DNA of 64,000 nt from Kondoa subrosea (Eukaryota), in the NCBI GenBank assembly GCA_039545335.1, contig BCIN01000002.1, forward strand, positions 124,001 to 188,000, given 5' to 3'. Position 1 is the first letter of the stretch, and the number at the start of each line of letters is the position of its first letter. Below the pieces are notes generated by a model. It was not told where the DNA came from and ran no database searches. It saw nothing but the letters and a program-made list of their open reading frames with translations. A program made the position numbers and the translations under genes. Shown one piece after another: positions 12,726 through 24,488 of the stretch.

Positions 12726-14644
12726 CTATGCCGACCCCTTCCGCGAGATGTACAGCCCGATGACCTTGACCAGCAAGAACTCATCTACCGAAGATAAACC
12801 GCCAAGCTTTGAAGCTCGTCAGCGCTTTCAAAGCGAGAATACAAGGTACGTACCTTGTCGCGACAAATCGCTTCCCAATCTGGGATAGACAGCTTCTTGA
12901 TCTCCTCTTCTGACCTCAAACCCAATCCAGATAGAACACCAGCCGTTTGACCTAGACCAGGATTTAAGCCTTCCAAGAATCTAACCAAAGCCACTTGTTC
13001 ATCACTAAATGGTACATGTCTGTTCTTTCCTGTAGTTTGATGTTGGAAAGCAGCTTGAAGTGATTGATAGATTGCTCCTTTTACTGGAATCCGAGATGGT
13101 CTGATTACATGAAATGAAGCAGGTGGTTCAGGTAAAGCGAGATGAGCGAAAGAGGAATCGTTTCCCATGTATTCATCTTCCGAATCGGTAGCTTCTACAT
13201 TGAGTTTCTTGGCTGGTGTCTTTGCCCATGCCTGTTTGTAGTGAATCAGTATGTATGCTCGTAAAAAAGGATGTCGCTTACTAGACCGCAGTTGACGCAG
13301 AGGAGCTTTCGACCACCAGGACCACCTCGCCAAGCTGTCAGATGAAGAAACGCCTCAGCTATAATCATAGCAAAGTCACGTCAATCACTGACCTAAATCG
13401 CCCTCGACGGCGCACATCTCGCAGCTCAACCCTTTTGTAGGCGGTGGATGAACAACGGCAGGGGAAGCTCTTCTAGCTGGATGAATAGGAAGTGATCTCA
13501 ATACCGGCAAATTGAGCTGATGGGTGTAAGAAGGATAATCGAAATCATAAGGTCGAATGACTGAAGCCAATTTCATGTCTGCGGCTTCTAGCAAGACGGA
13601 GAACCCATCTTGTGCTTCTTTTTGTGCTAATTCTGTGTTGATTATATGCATCAAAGGTGTTTCTCTGATTGATCATCAGCAAGAGATCGACTTCAGACTC
13701 AATTGGAAAAAGGTATACCTGGCGTATGATATAGGTGGATCACAGAATTGACAGATGTAAGGACGAGGAACTACTTCTTCACTCTGATAGCCAATGCAAG
13801 GTCCATGCTGCCCTGTACATGGACAAGCTTGAGTGTCGAAACAGGACGACCGCAAGTGAGCCTTACAAGTATGACATTTATCGCAAGCGCACATGAAACC
13901 AAACTCTTGCTCAAATTCACAGACGCATCGAATGACTTCAGGCGGTTCTTCGACTTCAGGTTCAACCGATTGCTCTAAAGCAGACTGATATGCAGGTTCC
14001 AGAGATGCACGAGCTGGAGTATTTGCTTGAGGTTGTTCCAACACTTGATTAACAGGTGTTCCTTGACGTGCTACCGGATCAACCTTGCGACGCTTGCTGC
14101 TCCGAGAAGAAGTAGCTGGTATTTCAGGCGAATCTCTTTTTCTCGGATTTGTCGGTCTCAGAGATGCCATATGCTCTGCTTCTTCTCGACATAGTTCATC
14201 CCTTGCAGCTTGATTGGCTGGAGTGAGACCACCGACGAGAGTCATAGGGCAGGTCTGCCAATGATGTGATCCGTCAACTTTGCTGAAAGCCTTGCCAACA
14301 TTGGGAACAGTGAATGCTGCATGATTTTCAGCAGACAGTACTAGACATAGATTGAAACAAACCGTCAGTGACTCTGCCATCGCATTTGGTGCCTGTGTAT
14401 GCAGATGTTAGACAAGGCTGATATGAAGTATCGCTGTCGGAGCTTACACCAATAGCTATATAACTTGGTTTCGAACTCGTTTGCTGGGTTCTCAGGTACT
14501 TCTGTCCTCTTGATGGCCCAATTGTTGCGAACACAAAAGCGTTTCTGGTACTTCGAGTTCAGCTAGCCATCAAACAGAATGTGAATGACTAACCTTTGCA
14601 GAACCCTTCTTCGCTGCTGCACTGCCTTTGAGTCCACCCGCCAT
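12726..14644 (-). CDS. PHD-finger and GATA-type zinc-finger protein
   Basis: PHD IRCVC...MCACDKCHT..QHGPCIG...YICQFC. Spliced GATA CEMCAVEGDLAWRGGPGGRKLLCVNCGL. The start codon is tentative. Confidence 0.75.
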
Positions 14645-15820
14645 CAGTTAAGATGCTAGAAAGACAAATGCTTTGACCAGGTCGAAAGTCGGATCCTATG
14701 TATCCAAGATTCGGACCTCAGCACTAATTTCCAGCTCGTCCGAGCTGTATGCACTGACTTTCGCAGCTATTGAGCTACCTGAAAGTCCGGAGTATAGAGC
14801 TCTTCTGTCGGAATCGTTGTTTGGATCCAACAGCTTACTCGACGTCGAACTGCGATGTCGTTCTCGAGATAGCTCTAGATCTGTGTTGCTTTACGCAGTC
14901 TGCTACAGCGCAAGATACTTCTGTGGTTCTTGTCGTCGCAGAACTCAAATATGTCGCCTTGATCTGTCGTTTGTGCTTTCCATGCCTCTCAGACTCAGAT
15001 GAGGTGGCTTCTTCTTGTTCAGTTCCCATGTCTACTGAGATGAATATGCTGCCCTGCGCGCTTCTGAAAATTTCTAGCATTGTTGGCAGCTGTCCAGAAC
15101 CGCCCGGCTGTCTTTTTCTTTGCATCATCTGTACTACAGCGCTTGCAGCCGTACATCACTGCATATACTGCTCTGCTTTCTGCTTATGACCAGTGCATCT
15201 CTGTTTTCAACTGATTCCTATCCTCATTCTTTTCACCGATCAATCTGCACCATCCTGAATGTTACTCTTGAGGTTATAAGACCTCATATCTCGCTCAAAC
15301 CATTACCTGGCTTCGGCTGCTTTCGCTTTGCCTAAGGAAGTATCACGTCGACCGATACATGGAAATTCGGTGATCAGAGCATCCCATCGTAGCATATGAG
15401 ATCTTTGCTTTCGGTTCCATTCTCAGTGCAGTACTCACTGCTGCTTACCATGCTACAGCATCTCGTCGAAGCTGTTTTCTCAGTCGTAGCAGTTGCTCTC
15501 GTGCTTCGGTCAGTCTTGCTTATTTTGATGGAAAGAACAAAGCTTATACTTGTATTCAGGTGGTGGACTTGTTACAATTCCTCTTGAGGCACAGAATTTT
15601 ATGATAGTGGAAGTGTATATCCACATCTTTACGTTTATGAATGTGAGTTGCACTGTTTCGCTGTCTCACTCCCTAACAGACCGGTTACGAGTATTGATGG
15701 GGTTTAAGTGTCAAGCGTATGATCTACGGGTTTGACAAGCACCATACTGTTTCTTGACTGCCCGCTCGGAAATTGCAATAGGATTCCTCTGCTCTTATCC
15801 ACCAACAGTCTGTTGCCCAA

Positions 15821-17022
15821 ATGCCCCGAGATCGTAGTCCTGTGGCGTCTAGCAGCAGGCGCTACGATGATCGAGATTCGCGTCCTCGAGATCGTTCTCG
15901 TTCACCAGATAGAAGAGATAGAAAACATGATGACTATCACCGCTCGTCGAGAAGGGATCATTCAGCTAGCGTATCTAGCTCTGGGTCAGACACTGGAAGG
16001 AACAGAAAGAGCCATAGATCTAGCAGAGACGAGGAAAGCAGAGAAGAACGTAAAGCTAGAAAACAGGCAAAGCGCGAACGCAGGGCTCAGAAGGAGGCAA
16101 AGGTTCGTCGAGGTCGTCATCGGTCGCTACATGTCCTATGCTGACTTCCTTAATGAACAGAGAGCTGCCAAAGATGAGAAACGGAAGGCTAAGCTCGGTG
16201 TAGCGACGGAGGTCAGTCTGTATCTCGGCTATAGCAGCGTAGTGAGTTGACGATTGTCTACAGTATGGCCGCTATGGTATTCTGACAGATGCAGAGTAAG
16301 ATCCTTCACCTTCCGTACAGTTATGCTGCTCAATCAAATAGCTTCTTTACAAAAGATGTGAGTCAACCTCTGGTCGCCCTGGCGGCTTAAACTGACATTC
16401 ATGGACAGGCGGAATTCAGAACTTGGCTGGTAGAAGAGAAGAAGATCAATGTAGAAACTATCCCTACAGCTAAAGCGAAAGAGCTGTTTCGCGTTTTTGC
16501 TGAAGATTTCAGTTCGTTTCTTCCTCTGCATCAACACTACTTCCGTGCTCATTCATCATTCAGATACTTGTACTCTACCTCACGAGAAATACTATGCTTT
16601 GGAAGAGTACGAAAACCGTATGCGAAGAGTTAGAATGGGAGAAGATGTACCCAAAGATACAGGTTATGATCCTAGAGCAGACGAAGAAGCTGCTCGAGCA
16701 TCTTTCAGGAAAGGCGCTTCTCTCAAAGAGCAACCAGCTTCGATACTATCTAAAGAACAACTGGTATGTTTGACCATTTATATGATTGACTCCAATCTCA
16801 TGCAACTCGGCAGCTGGAATTGCAGCGAGTTCAGAGAGAAAGAGTTGAGAGTTCCAAGATGGTAAGTGCTGTGCTGAGCTTTTCGGAATTAAGCTAAATA
16901 GCCTTGCAGAAGCGACTTGGAATGGAAGTCAAAGAAAGCGTAAGTCCGATGTCCTTCTTCAGATGAAGCTCACTAATTTCTGCATTGTTTGATCGTCACA
17001 GAAAGGCGTGCGTTATGAATGA
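15821..17022 (+). CDS. Conserved Arg/Ser/Asp-rich nuclear protein (YGxYGI...EFxxWL...HEKYY family)
   Basis: RS/RD-rich N-terminus. Spliced YGRYGILTDADFFTKDAEFRTWLVEEKKIN...EDFNTCTLPHEKYY...KRLGMEVKESKGVRYE*. Confidence 0.8.
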
Positions 17023-17077
17023 ACCAGTTCAGGAGCTATCTATGTACAATTGTGCAATCTACATTTTGGTCCATTTA

Positions 17078-18434
17078 CTATTCATACACCATTTCCAATA
17101 TTTCTAATACCTTTTCTTTGTGCAAAGTGATAGGGTTAGTCTGTACCCAACGATCATGCATACTGTTGCTAGCCAAATCACCCAATTGATCCCTCTTGAT
17201 TCCAAATTCTTTCAATGTTCTAGGCATTCCTAATGTTCTAAAAAGCACATCTAGAATATCACCTAAATCCTCGTCTTCCGTCTCTTGTGAATGTAGGATA
17301 GCGACGACTTCAGGAATGGATTTCAGTATAGAAATGACTTGACTCTGTTGAACTTCATTTTTGATTTTATTGTATTTACTGACTGCTGGCAAGAGAATAC
17401 AAGATGTTTCGCCGTGTCCTACACCAAGAGGACCTAGTTGGCTAAATTCCGTAATTCAGAAACTCGAACGAAGCACAGTGTGACACCAGACTTACTGGCC
17501 TAAGCGAAAGAGGTCAGCAAAACAATGATTACTACGAGGTCTATATAACGTACCTATTCCATGGGATGCGCCTAGGGGCACACCACGACTGCAAGCCGAC
17601 ATTGCATCAATCACGCCCAACTGAGTTTGATGTCTTGCTTTCTGATCAGATGGATCTTGATGAGTCTTGAGTAAACCAGGTAAGAGTAATTTCAAGCCTC
17701 TTTCTGCATCTTTATTGGATTCAGAGTCTGGTTTGATAGAGCAGACCGTCTCTACGCAGTGATCTATAGCTCTCACACCAGCTGAAGATCGATATTAGAC
17801 TATCTCGCGATTGTACTTGTATTCCTAGTGCAAACTTACTTGAAAGCCATACAGATTGAGGAGTGGTTTTGCTTAATTCTTCTGAGAGTATAACAAGTCT
17901 TGGACCAACACAAGGAGAACCAAAAGAGTATTTGCGTGAGTTGTATGACCCTCCAGCAAAGTTCGAGTATTCTCCACCTGATAAAGAAGTAGGTATTGCT
18001 ATAATAGGGATCTTGGAAGGTTGAGGATCTCGATGTTGACCCGCAGAAGTCAGATTCAGCAAGTCTTCCAGAGTTTTCGTATTGTTTGCTAAAGCGAAAG
18101 AGATAATCTTGGCTGCATCCGTCAAACTTCCAGCTCCTAGAGTAATGATCACATCGATCTTCTTGTCTCTGGCATCTTGAATTGCTTTCAAGACTTCTTG
18201 AAGCTGAGTATGAGGCTTCAAGCCAACTTTGATACCGACTATACGATCGCCTAGCGCTTCTTGCAGATTTTGAACATGAGATGTGTTTCTGGCCAATGTT
18301 CCAGATGCCAATACGAAAGCTCGTGTGATTGCAAGACGGTCGAGTGCATTCGAGCATGCTCGAGTGAAAGGAAGACCGTAAGAGATCTCAGGTAGAACTC
18401 TGTCCTGGAAAGCAGGTCTCAGAGTTTCACTCAT
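17078..18434 (-). CDS. Iron-containing alcohol dehydrogenase family protein
   Basis: TLGAGSLTDAAK, IPTSLSGGE, GVRAIDHCVE and iron-ligand motif GASHGIGHQLGPLGVGHGETS after splicing. Confidence 0.9.
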
Positions 18435-18609
18435 GGCTCGATTTTCAGTCCAGATGGCGCCGGGCTCTGACAGACAGTGGTTATACAGCCTGGAGGATGA
18501 TATAGACTAGCGGCTGCTTGGAAATGACCTGACACTTTGGGGCAGATTGTATTTTCTTGTTTCCAAACAAGCGCGTTGTATAGATACCCTAATTCTGCGT
18601 ATACGGGAC

Positions 18610-21600
18610 ATGTCAAGCGTGTCCGGCTTCTCTGCCTATGCGAACAACAGTCCAGCGGGCAATGCTGGGCCTTCAAGGTTGCAGCAACAACAAGCTGCGA
18701 ATTCTCGTTATGCACCTCAGCAATATTCGCAGCAGCCCTATAGCAATCTAGCTCCTGCAAGACCTCCTCCTCAGCAGCAACAGCAGCAGCAATCTCAATC
18801 GCATGCCGGTCCTCCAGTGGGTTCACCTCAGGAAATTGAAAACTCGAGAAACACAGCTAGGCAGCATTACTTGGAGCTCTCTGCCTACTTAAATGGCAAA
18901 GACCTATCTAATGCTCGATCTAGTGCTCGAGAGAAACTAACTCGTATGTCAAAGGCCTCTTCAATAACAAATCCGTTCGCTTCTCATGTCTATGCTTCTT
19001 GACTGCCATAGGGCTCACGCGCCAGCAATTTCTTGAACTCTCGGTTGACGTTTACGACGAATTGATACGAAGGAAGAAAGAGGATATGTCTGTTCAAGAT
19101 ACTCAAGAACCATACTTGTATTCTCAACCTTCTTTCCATCCGAAAAGGAATCAAGCTAGACAGAAATTAGCTACCTTGGCTACTTCGAGATACAAGGATT
19201 TAGCTTCGGATGTCTATTTTGAGTTGGAGCGAAGGTACCCTGAATTCAGAGAAGAGAATCAACAAGCCGTTTCGTCTCACATCAATGCTTATGCCTCCTC
19301 TTCTTCACAATCTCAACAACAACAGCAACATACTAAACAACCTTCACTCAATGCTGCTTCATCTTCAGCAGCTAATGAAATACTCGTACCCAACAAATCA
19401 ACTATAGTAGAAGAAGACGTTCCACCTCGTCCATCTACTTCTAATCGCTACTCAAATTCAAACGATTCTTCTCCTCAGCAAAGAACTTTTTCACCTCCTC
19501 CTGCTCCTTTCCGAGAACGATCTGATTCCAGACAAGGTTATGGAACACAACAAAGAGCATCTGATGCGAGTACGAGTGTAGCTTCCAAATTCTTGCAAGG
19601 GTATTCAGAGAAACAGCATGATGAGGAAATGGAGAAGCTTAAATCGGAGTACGAATACAAGTTGACGACTCTGCAAAATAGGATTAGTGGGTTAGAAAGA
19701 GAGAAAGAGGATTTGGAGCGCAAGAATGATCGATTGCAAGATCTGGAAGAAGAGCTTAAAGAATCTTCGCATGTCAGTGTTTGCTTCAATAAATCGAATC
19801 AAAGATGATGCTCATGATGATTGTAGAGAAATGAAGATCAAGTGAAACAAATACAGCAATTACAAGATGAGGTTCATGATCTACAAACTCAGAATCAACA
19901 AGCGCGATCTCAGCAATCAGCTTCAGAAGCCAACAACGAAGAGTTGTCACAACTTCGGCACGCTCAGCAGCTGTCAAGACAACAAGCGGACGACAGTGCT
20001 CAGATTGTGGATGAGCTGCGGAACGAAGTCAAAAGTTTGCTAGAAGAATTGAGTGCGCTTAATACGAAACATGAAGATGTCGAGCAGGAAAGGCAAAGAG
20101 AACAAGACAGTCATCGAGAAGAGATGGCAAACATGGAAGTCGTACGGAAAAAGTACGAGCAAGCAAAGACAGAACTGCGGAACATGAAAGGTGCGCATTT
20201 GTATCTTGATTTCATTGTCGAATGTCGTCTCATTGCGTTTCAGCAACATCGCAACTTTTCGTTCAAGCACCACCAAGGCAGGATTTCATGCCTCCCACAG
20301 AAGATGGAGCAATTGCAGATATACATATAACGACTTTCCAATCGGCTGTAGATGCGCTTCTACAGGCCGCACGATCACACGTACCGACATCTGTCTTGAA
20401 AGCGACCAATGCAATAGTTGAAGCCGTTACTCGCTTTGACGAGGATGTACAGACTTTCGAAACAAGATCAGCGGCATTGCTCAACGAAAACGAACGATCT
20501 CAGCTTCAAGGTCTGAAAGCACGTTGTAATGCGACTCTCAGCAACCTTATCACCGCGGCCAAGAATCATGCGGCAAGTCAAGGCCTCAGTCCTGTCTCAC
20601 TGCTAGACGCTGCTGCTTCCCACTTGACCTCAACAATTGTCGATATGATCAAGCTGTTGAAAGTCCGCAAAGCTCATCCCTCTGAACTTACTCGCAATAA
20701 TACGGAGCAATCTGTACGGTCCTTAGCTGCTAGTCAAACGTCTGCCTCTTCTCCGCCTCAATCAGCTCAACCTATGCAGAAACAACCGAGTCTCTCTTCC
20801 AATACTCGAGTACCATACACGAATGGTATCTCCACTCAACCTGCTTCGCAATACCGAAATCCTCCAGTACTACAACAGCAGCAACGCTCAACGCCAGACG
20901 ATTACTCTTATCGGAACAACGGCTACGAAGCAGAACGGAGTCCAATCACACCTACTTCTGAACAAAATCAACAGCAACCTACTTCCGCTTCTTACAATAG
21001 TCAATGGCTTCCTGCCCAAAATCAACGATACGAAGAGTCTCCGCCTTCGTCTGCAAATAGACAGCGGAATATTACTCAATCTTCTCATGATGACTCGCCG
21101 CCTTCCAATAGAGTGTTTGATTCGCCTGTGAGGGAAGAAAGAGATGGTTCAATAGAGCAAGGTGCAGTAGATGAAGCAGATTGGCAAGAATTCAGGGTGC
21201 AATCAATGGCTATCGGTTTAGTTTAATACTGATCCTCGTGCTTTGATATGCACAGGCCTACCTGGAAAACCAGACTGAAGCGATAGTACACTCAATTCAG
21301 TCCCTTCTTTCTGCAATACGGAACGGAGCTCAAGGCGTCCAGCTAGAAGAACATCTTACTGAGATAGTCACCATCGTCTCGAGTATCGTAGCTATTTCAA
21401 GGGACAACTTACCCGAAGAATTCCATCAACAAGGAGATGAGATCTTGGCCGATTTAGCTGGAAACTGCGATAAACTCAGTGAATTGCAAGGCACGACTGG
21501 AGCAGGGACCTTCTCAAGACCGACAAAGCAAGCCGTTTCCGCAGCTTCGTTTGCGATTGCCAGATCACTAAAACAGCTAAAGTGAGACATCTCGTTTGTA

Positions 21601-21672
21601 CTCAGCGGTCTCAGTCTAATGCTTTTGTCTAGTCTTCTTCTGGCCGATGACGAAGCAGACGATTTGCGATGA
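18610..21672 (+). CDS. SPA2: Spa2/GIT-like polarisome scaffold protein
   Basis: Two SHD repeats (AREKLTRLTRQQFLELSVDVYDELIRR; ARQKLATLATSRYKDLASDVYFELERRYP), a coiled coil, GLSPVSLLDAAASHL, and a C-terminal YLENQTEAIVHSIQSLLSAIR domain. Confidence 0.9.
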
Positions 21673-21820
21673 GATGAACAACATGAACAAAGTAATTGTT
21701 ATACGGAACAAAGATATCCTATAGAACAACACTGTAATTTTCCACCCCTATACTTCATGTATGTACCAAAAGGATATATAGAGAGCTACTTGTAATGCAG
21801 TAGGATCCAATGCTTGCGAT

Positions 21821-22990
21821 TTACGCTGTTGCTGTTCGACCAAGCCGGGTCTTGTGTGCCCGCAAAAAGCCAAGAATGAAGAGTAACTCGATACGTTCTT
21901 TGAAGAGAAGGGTAATGCCTTGACTGAAGAAAGTCTTGAGGATTTGTACTGAGAAAAGCAGATGATAGATGAGCCGTGAGCGGCGAGTAGCTATGCATAA
22001 ACATACCTTGTAAACCGGTGTATAATCCTTTCAGTCCATATCGACCGTAAACCTTCTGTAAGCAATCTGTTGCAGACGTATACTGTCTCTTGCCCGAGGA
22101 CGATCTACTTTGGAGTCGAGTCTTTGCCAGAATTAGGGGATAAGTTAGAGCTGCCGCGATGCCACCAGCAGATGCGCTCGTTAGGAAAGTTACGAGCACA
22201 GGGGGATGCTCTCTTTTGGATTTAGGTAGAAGCAACGTTTTCAACAATGCGAAGATGTACATTGTAAGTGATGGCATCAAGGAAAGCATCGCAGCTGATT
22301 TGTAGCCACTCCAAAAACTACCTCAAATATGAGCCATCGCTTTCAGCATACAAGTTTCCGATGATTTGCTTACCCTCTCCACCCTCTCTCAGCTATTATA
22401 TCATTGCAAATCTGAGCAATTGAATTCTCGCCAGGTTCCTCGTCCTCCGAATCGCTATCCTCGTCAGCCTTTGCTGGTGCTTTACCTCTTGCGTTGGCTG
22501 AAACTTTGTTTGCATGGGAAGAAGTACTTTGCTGTCGTACTGTAATCTGAGAAATGGGTGTGACAACTAGTTTGGCTATCATTCCAGCTAGAGAACCCAA
22601 AGCGATTTCTTCCCATGCAGAAAAGGTCTTTGCTTTCGATGTTCTCCGTGCTGCCCATGCTTTGTGTAAAGTAGAATGCGAGAGGAAGAAGAGGAAATTG
22701 GCTATGACCCATACAATTCACATGAGCGCGGGATCCCCACAATGTCAGTCATTTCTTTTGGACTGACAGAGTAGTGTAGAGAGTGTATCACTGCCTAGTC
22801 CATCATATAGAGATAAGAAGCCAGTCTCGCTAACGATTCGCTTGAAGGCAATGAACAGGTTATCATAACCTCGCCTGGTCTGCGTTCTTGTGCAGATGAG
22901 GTCGAGAGGATAGGTTGCGGTGTTTGAGATTGCGCTGGCTGCTGCTCCAGCCAAAGCCACAACCAAAGGACTCGCTTCTGTCGATGACAT
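21821..22990 (-). CDS. ANT1: Mitochondrial carrier family, peroxisomal adenine nucleotide transporter-like
   Basis: Three carrier repeats: YPLDLICTRTQ, TPISQITVRQQ and YPLILAKTRLQ; also GLKGLYTGL. Confidence 0.8.
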
Positions 22991-23691
22991 CGATGCCTTT
23001 ATCTGGTGAAGCCTTCGCAATTGGGTATATAGGCACGGTCGTTATTCCTGCTAGCTTTGAGAGGAACAGGATATGTTCAGCTTTCGCGAGAAGCTGAAGA
23101 TGTCGGTTGCTAAGAGAAGAGCCTTTCATTCAGTCAGAGCAACTTAGTCTGTTATCTTAACACGCTGTTTCGGTACTCGCAGTCAGAAGACAGAATACAG
23201 AGCCGTTTTATCAGTCATATTGGATCCCATAGAGACTCTGACGCGCTCAAATGAAAGATTACGTAATGTGCTGACCTCAAAGCGTCGGACCTATTGCTAC
23301 AGAGAGCGAACTGTTCAGCACTGAGGACAAATGGAATGTGAGCAATGCTCTCTCTGGAAGAAGGATGATGAACAAACCTCGTAGACGCAGGACAGTTTGC
23401 TTGTGTCGTTAGCGATTGACACTGCTTTATCGTACCAATCTGTTCTCATCAATCAGCACAATCCATAGAGCGGATACGAGAAGTTTGCTCTATCTTGCAC
23501 GTAACAGCTGCTTGCGCAGAATCATCCAGTGACCTGAACTTGATCGGTATTGGCAGTTCGACCAAGGCACGAAAAAGGCTTAGGAACGGTCAGTCCAACG
23601 CGCAATCTTCTTGCAACGACAAGCTGATATACTTCGAGATGGATGCTTTTCTCCCTTGCTCTTCCTTGTCTAAATTCATTGAACAATCCTC

Positions 23692-24130
23692 ATGTCAAAC
23701 AAACGTCAACGAGAAGATTCCGGTATATCCATCGAATCAAGCAAAAGATCGCGTTCTCCAGACATCCAGTCACTGCAAGAACAAAGCATTCGAAATCTTC
23801 TACTCGTAGCAATGTTCAAACATCCAGAAATCAGTTCTTGGTTGGAAGATTGTCGACCATCGCCTTTTGATGGCATTCATGCAGATGACTTGCGTAAAGT
23901 GTTGCATATGGCAGTCAAAAAGTGGGAGGATGTTGCGGGTCATGTTCAAGCGGAGTTAGGCGCAAGGGATGAGTCAAATAGGTGCTAGGGTTGATTGGAT
24001 AAGGGAGAAGTATTGATGGTTTCATTGTCATAGCACTCACACTATATATGAGGAGCAAGTGGTAGTAAAGCGGAGTGCGAGCCATTGCCAGGCATACTGT
24101 ATCGTAGCAATTAAAGAAGCGATATGAAAG
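23692..24130 (+). CDS. Hypothetical protein; 3' structure unresolved
   Basis: 98-aa first ORF with an NLS-like start (MSNKRQRED...KRSRSP) and a plausible downstream intron. No recognisable domain. Confidence 0.4.
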
Positions 24131-24488
24131 AAAGCAGGCGAAGCGATCGTATCGTCTCGCACTTGGATTTTGGCCAATCAGAGCAGGAAGATAGTGAACT
24201 CGAGCAAAGTGACACAGATCTTGACTCAGCATCAGTCGGACTTGCGATAGTCTCGCTGAAAAATGCAGGACATGATGTAACAGCAGACAGCCTATAGTGC
24301 GAGACCAAGCTGAGAAAATCAGATAAGCTGGCGCAGTAATGGGCACGTGAAAGAGTAAATAAGCTCTTCCGTTCCCCACAGCGAAAAGCAAGACAGAGAG
24401 ACAAATACAAACCCGCCAGATTGTGCGAGACAAATTTGCGAATAAGGTTGATCCAGGGCAACCATTAGCAAATATACCCAAATGAACT

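Noticed and set aside
14680..15640. Coding-like fragments on the minus strand (YGCKRC...HIHLSRH; KFCASRGIV)
   Set aside because: No stop-free spliced model could be built. It may be a degenerate gene or a 5' extension of the PHD-GATA gene, but that is unsupported.
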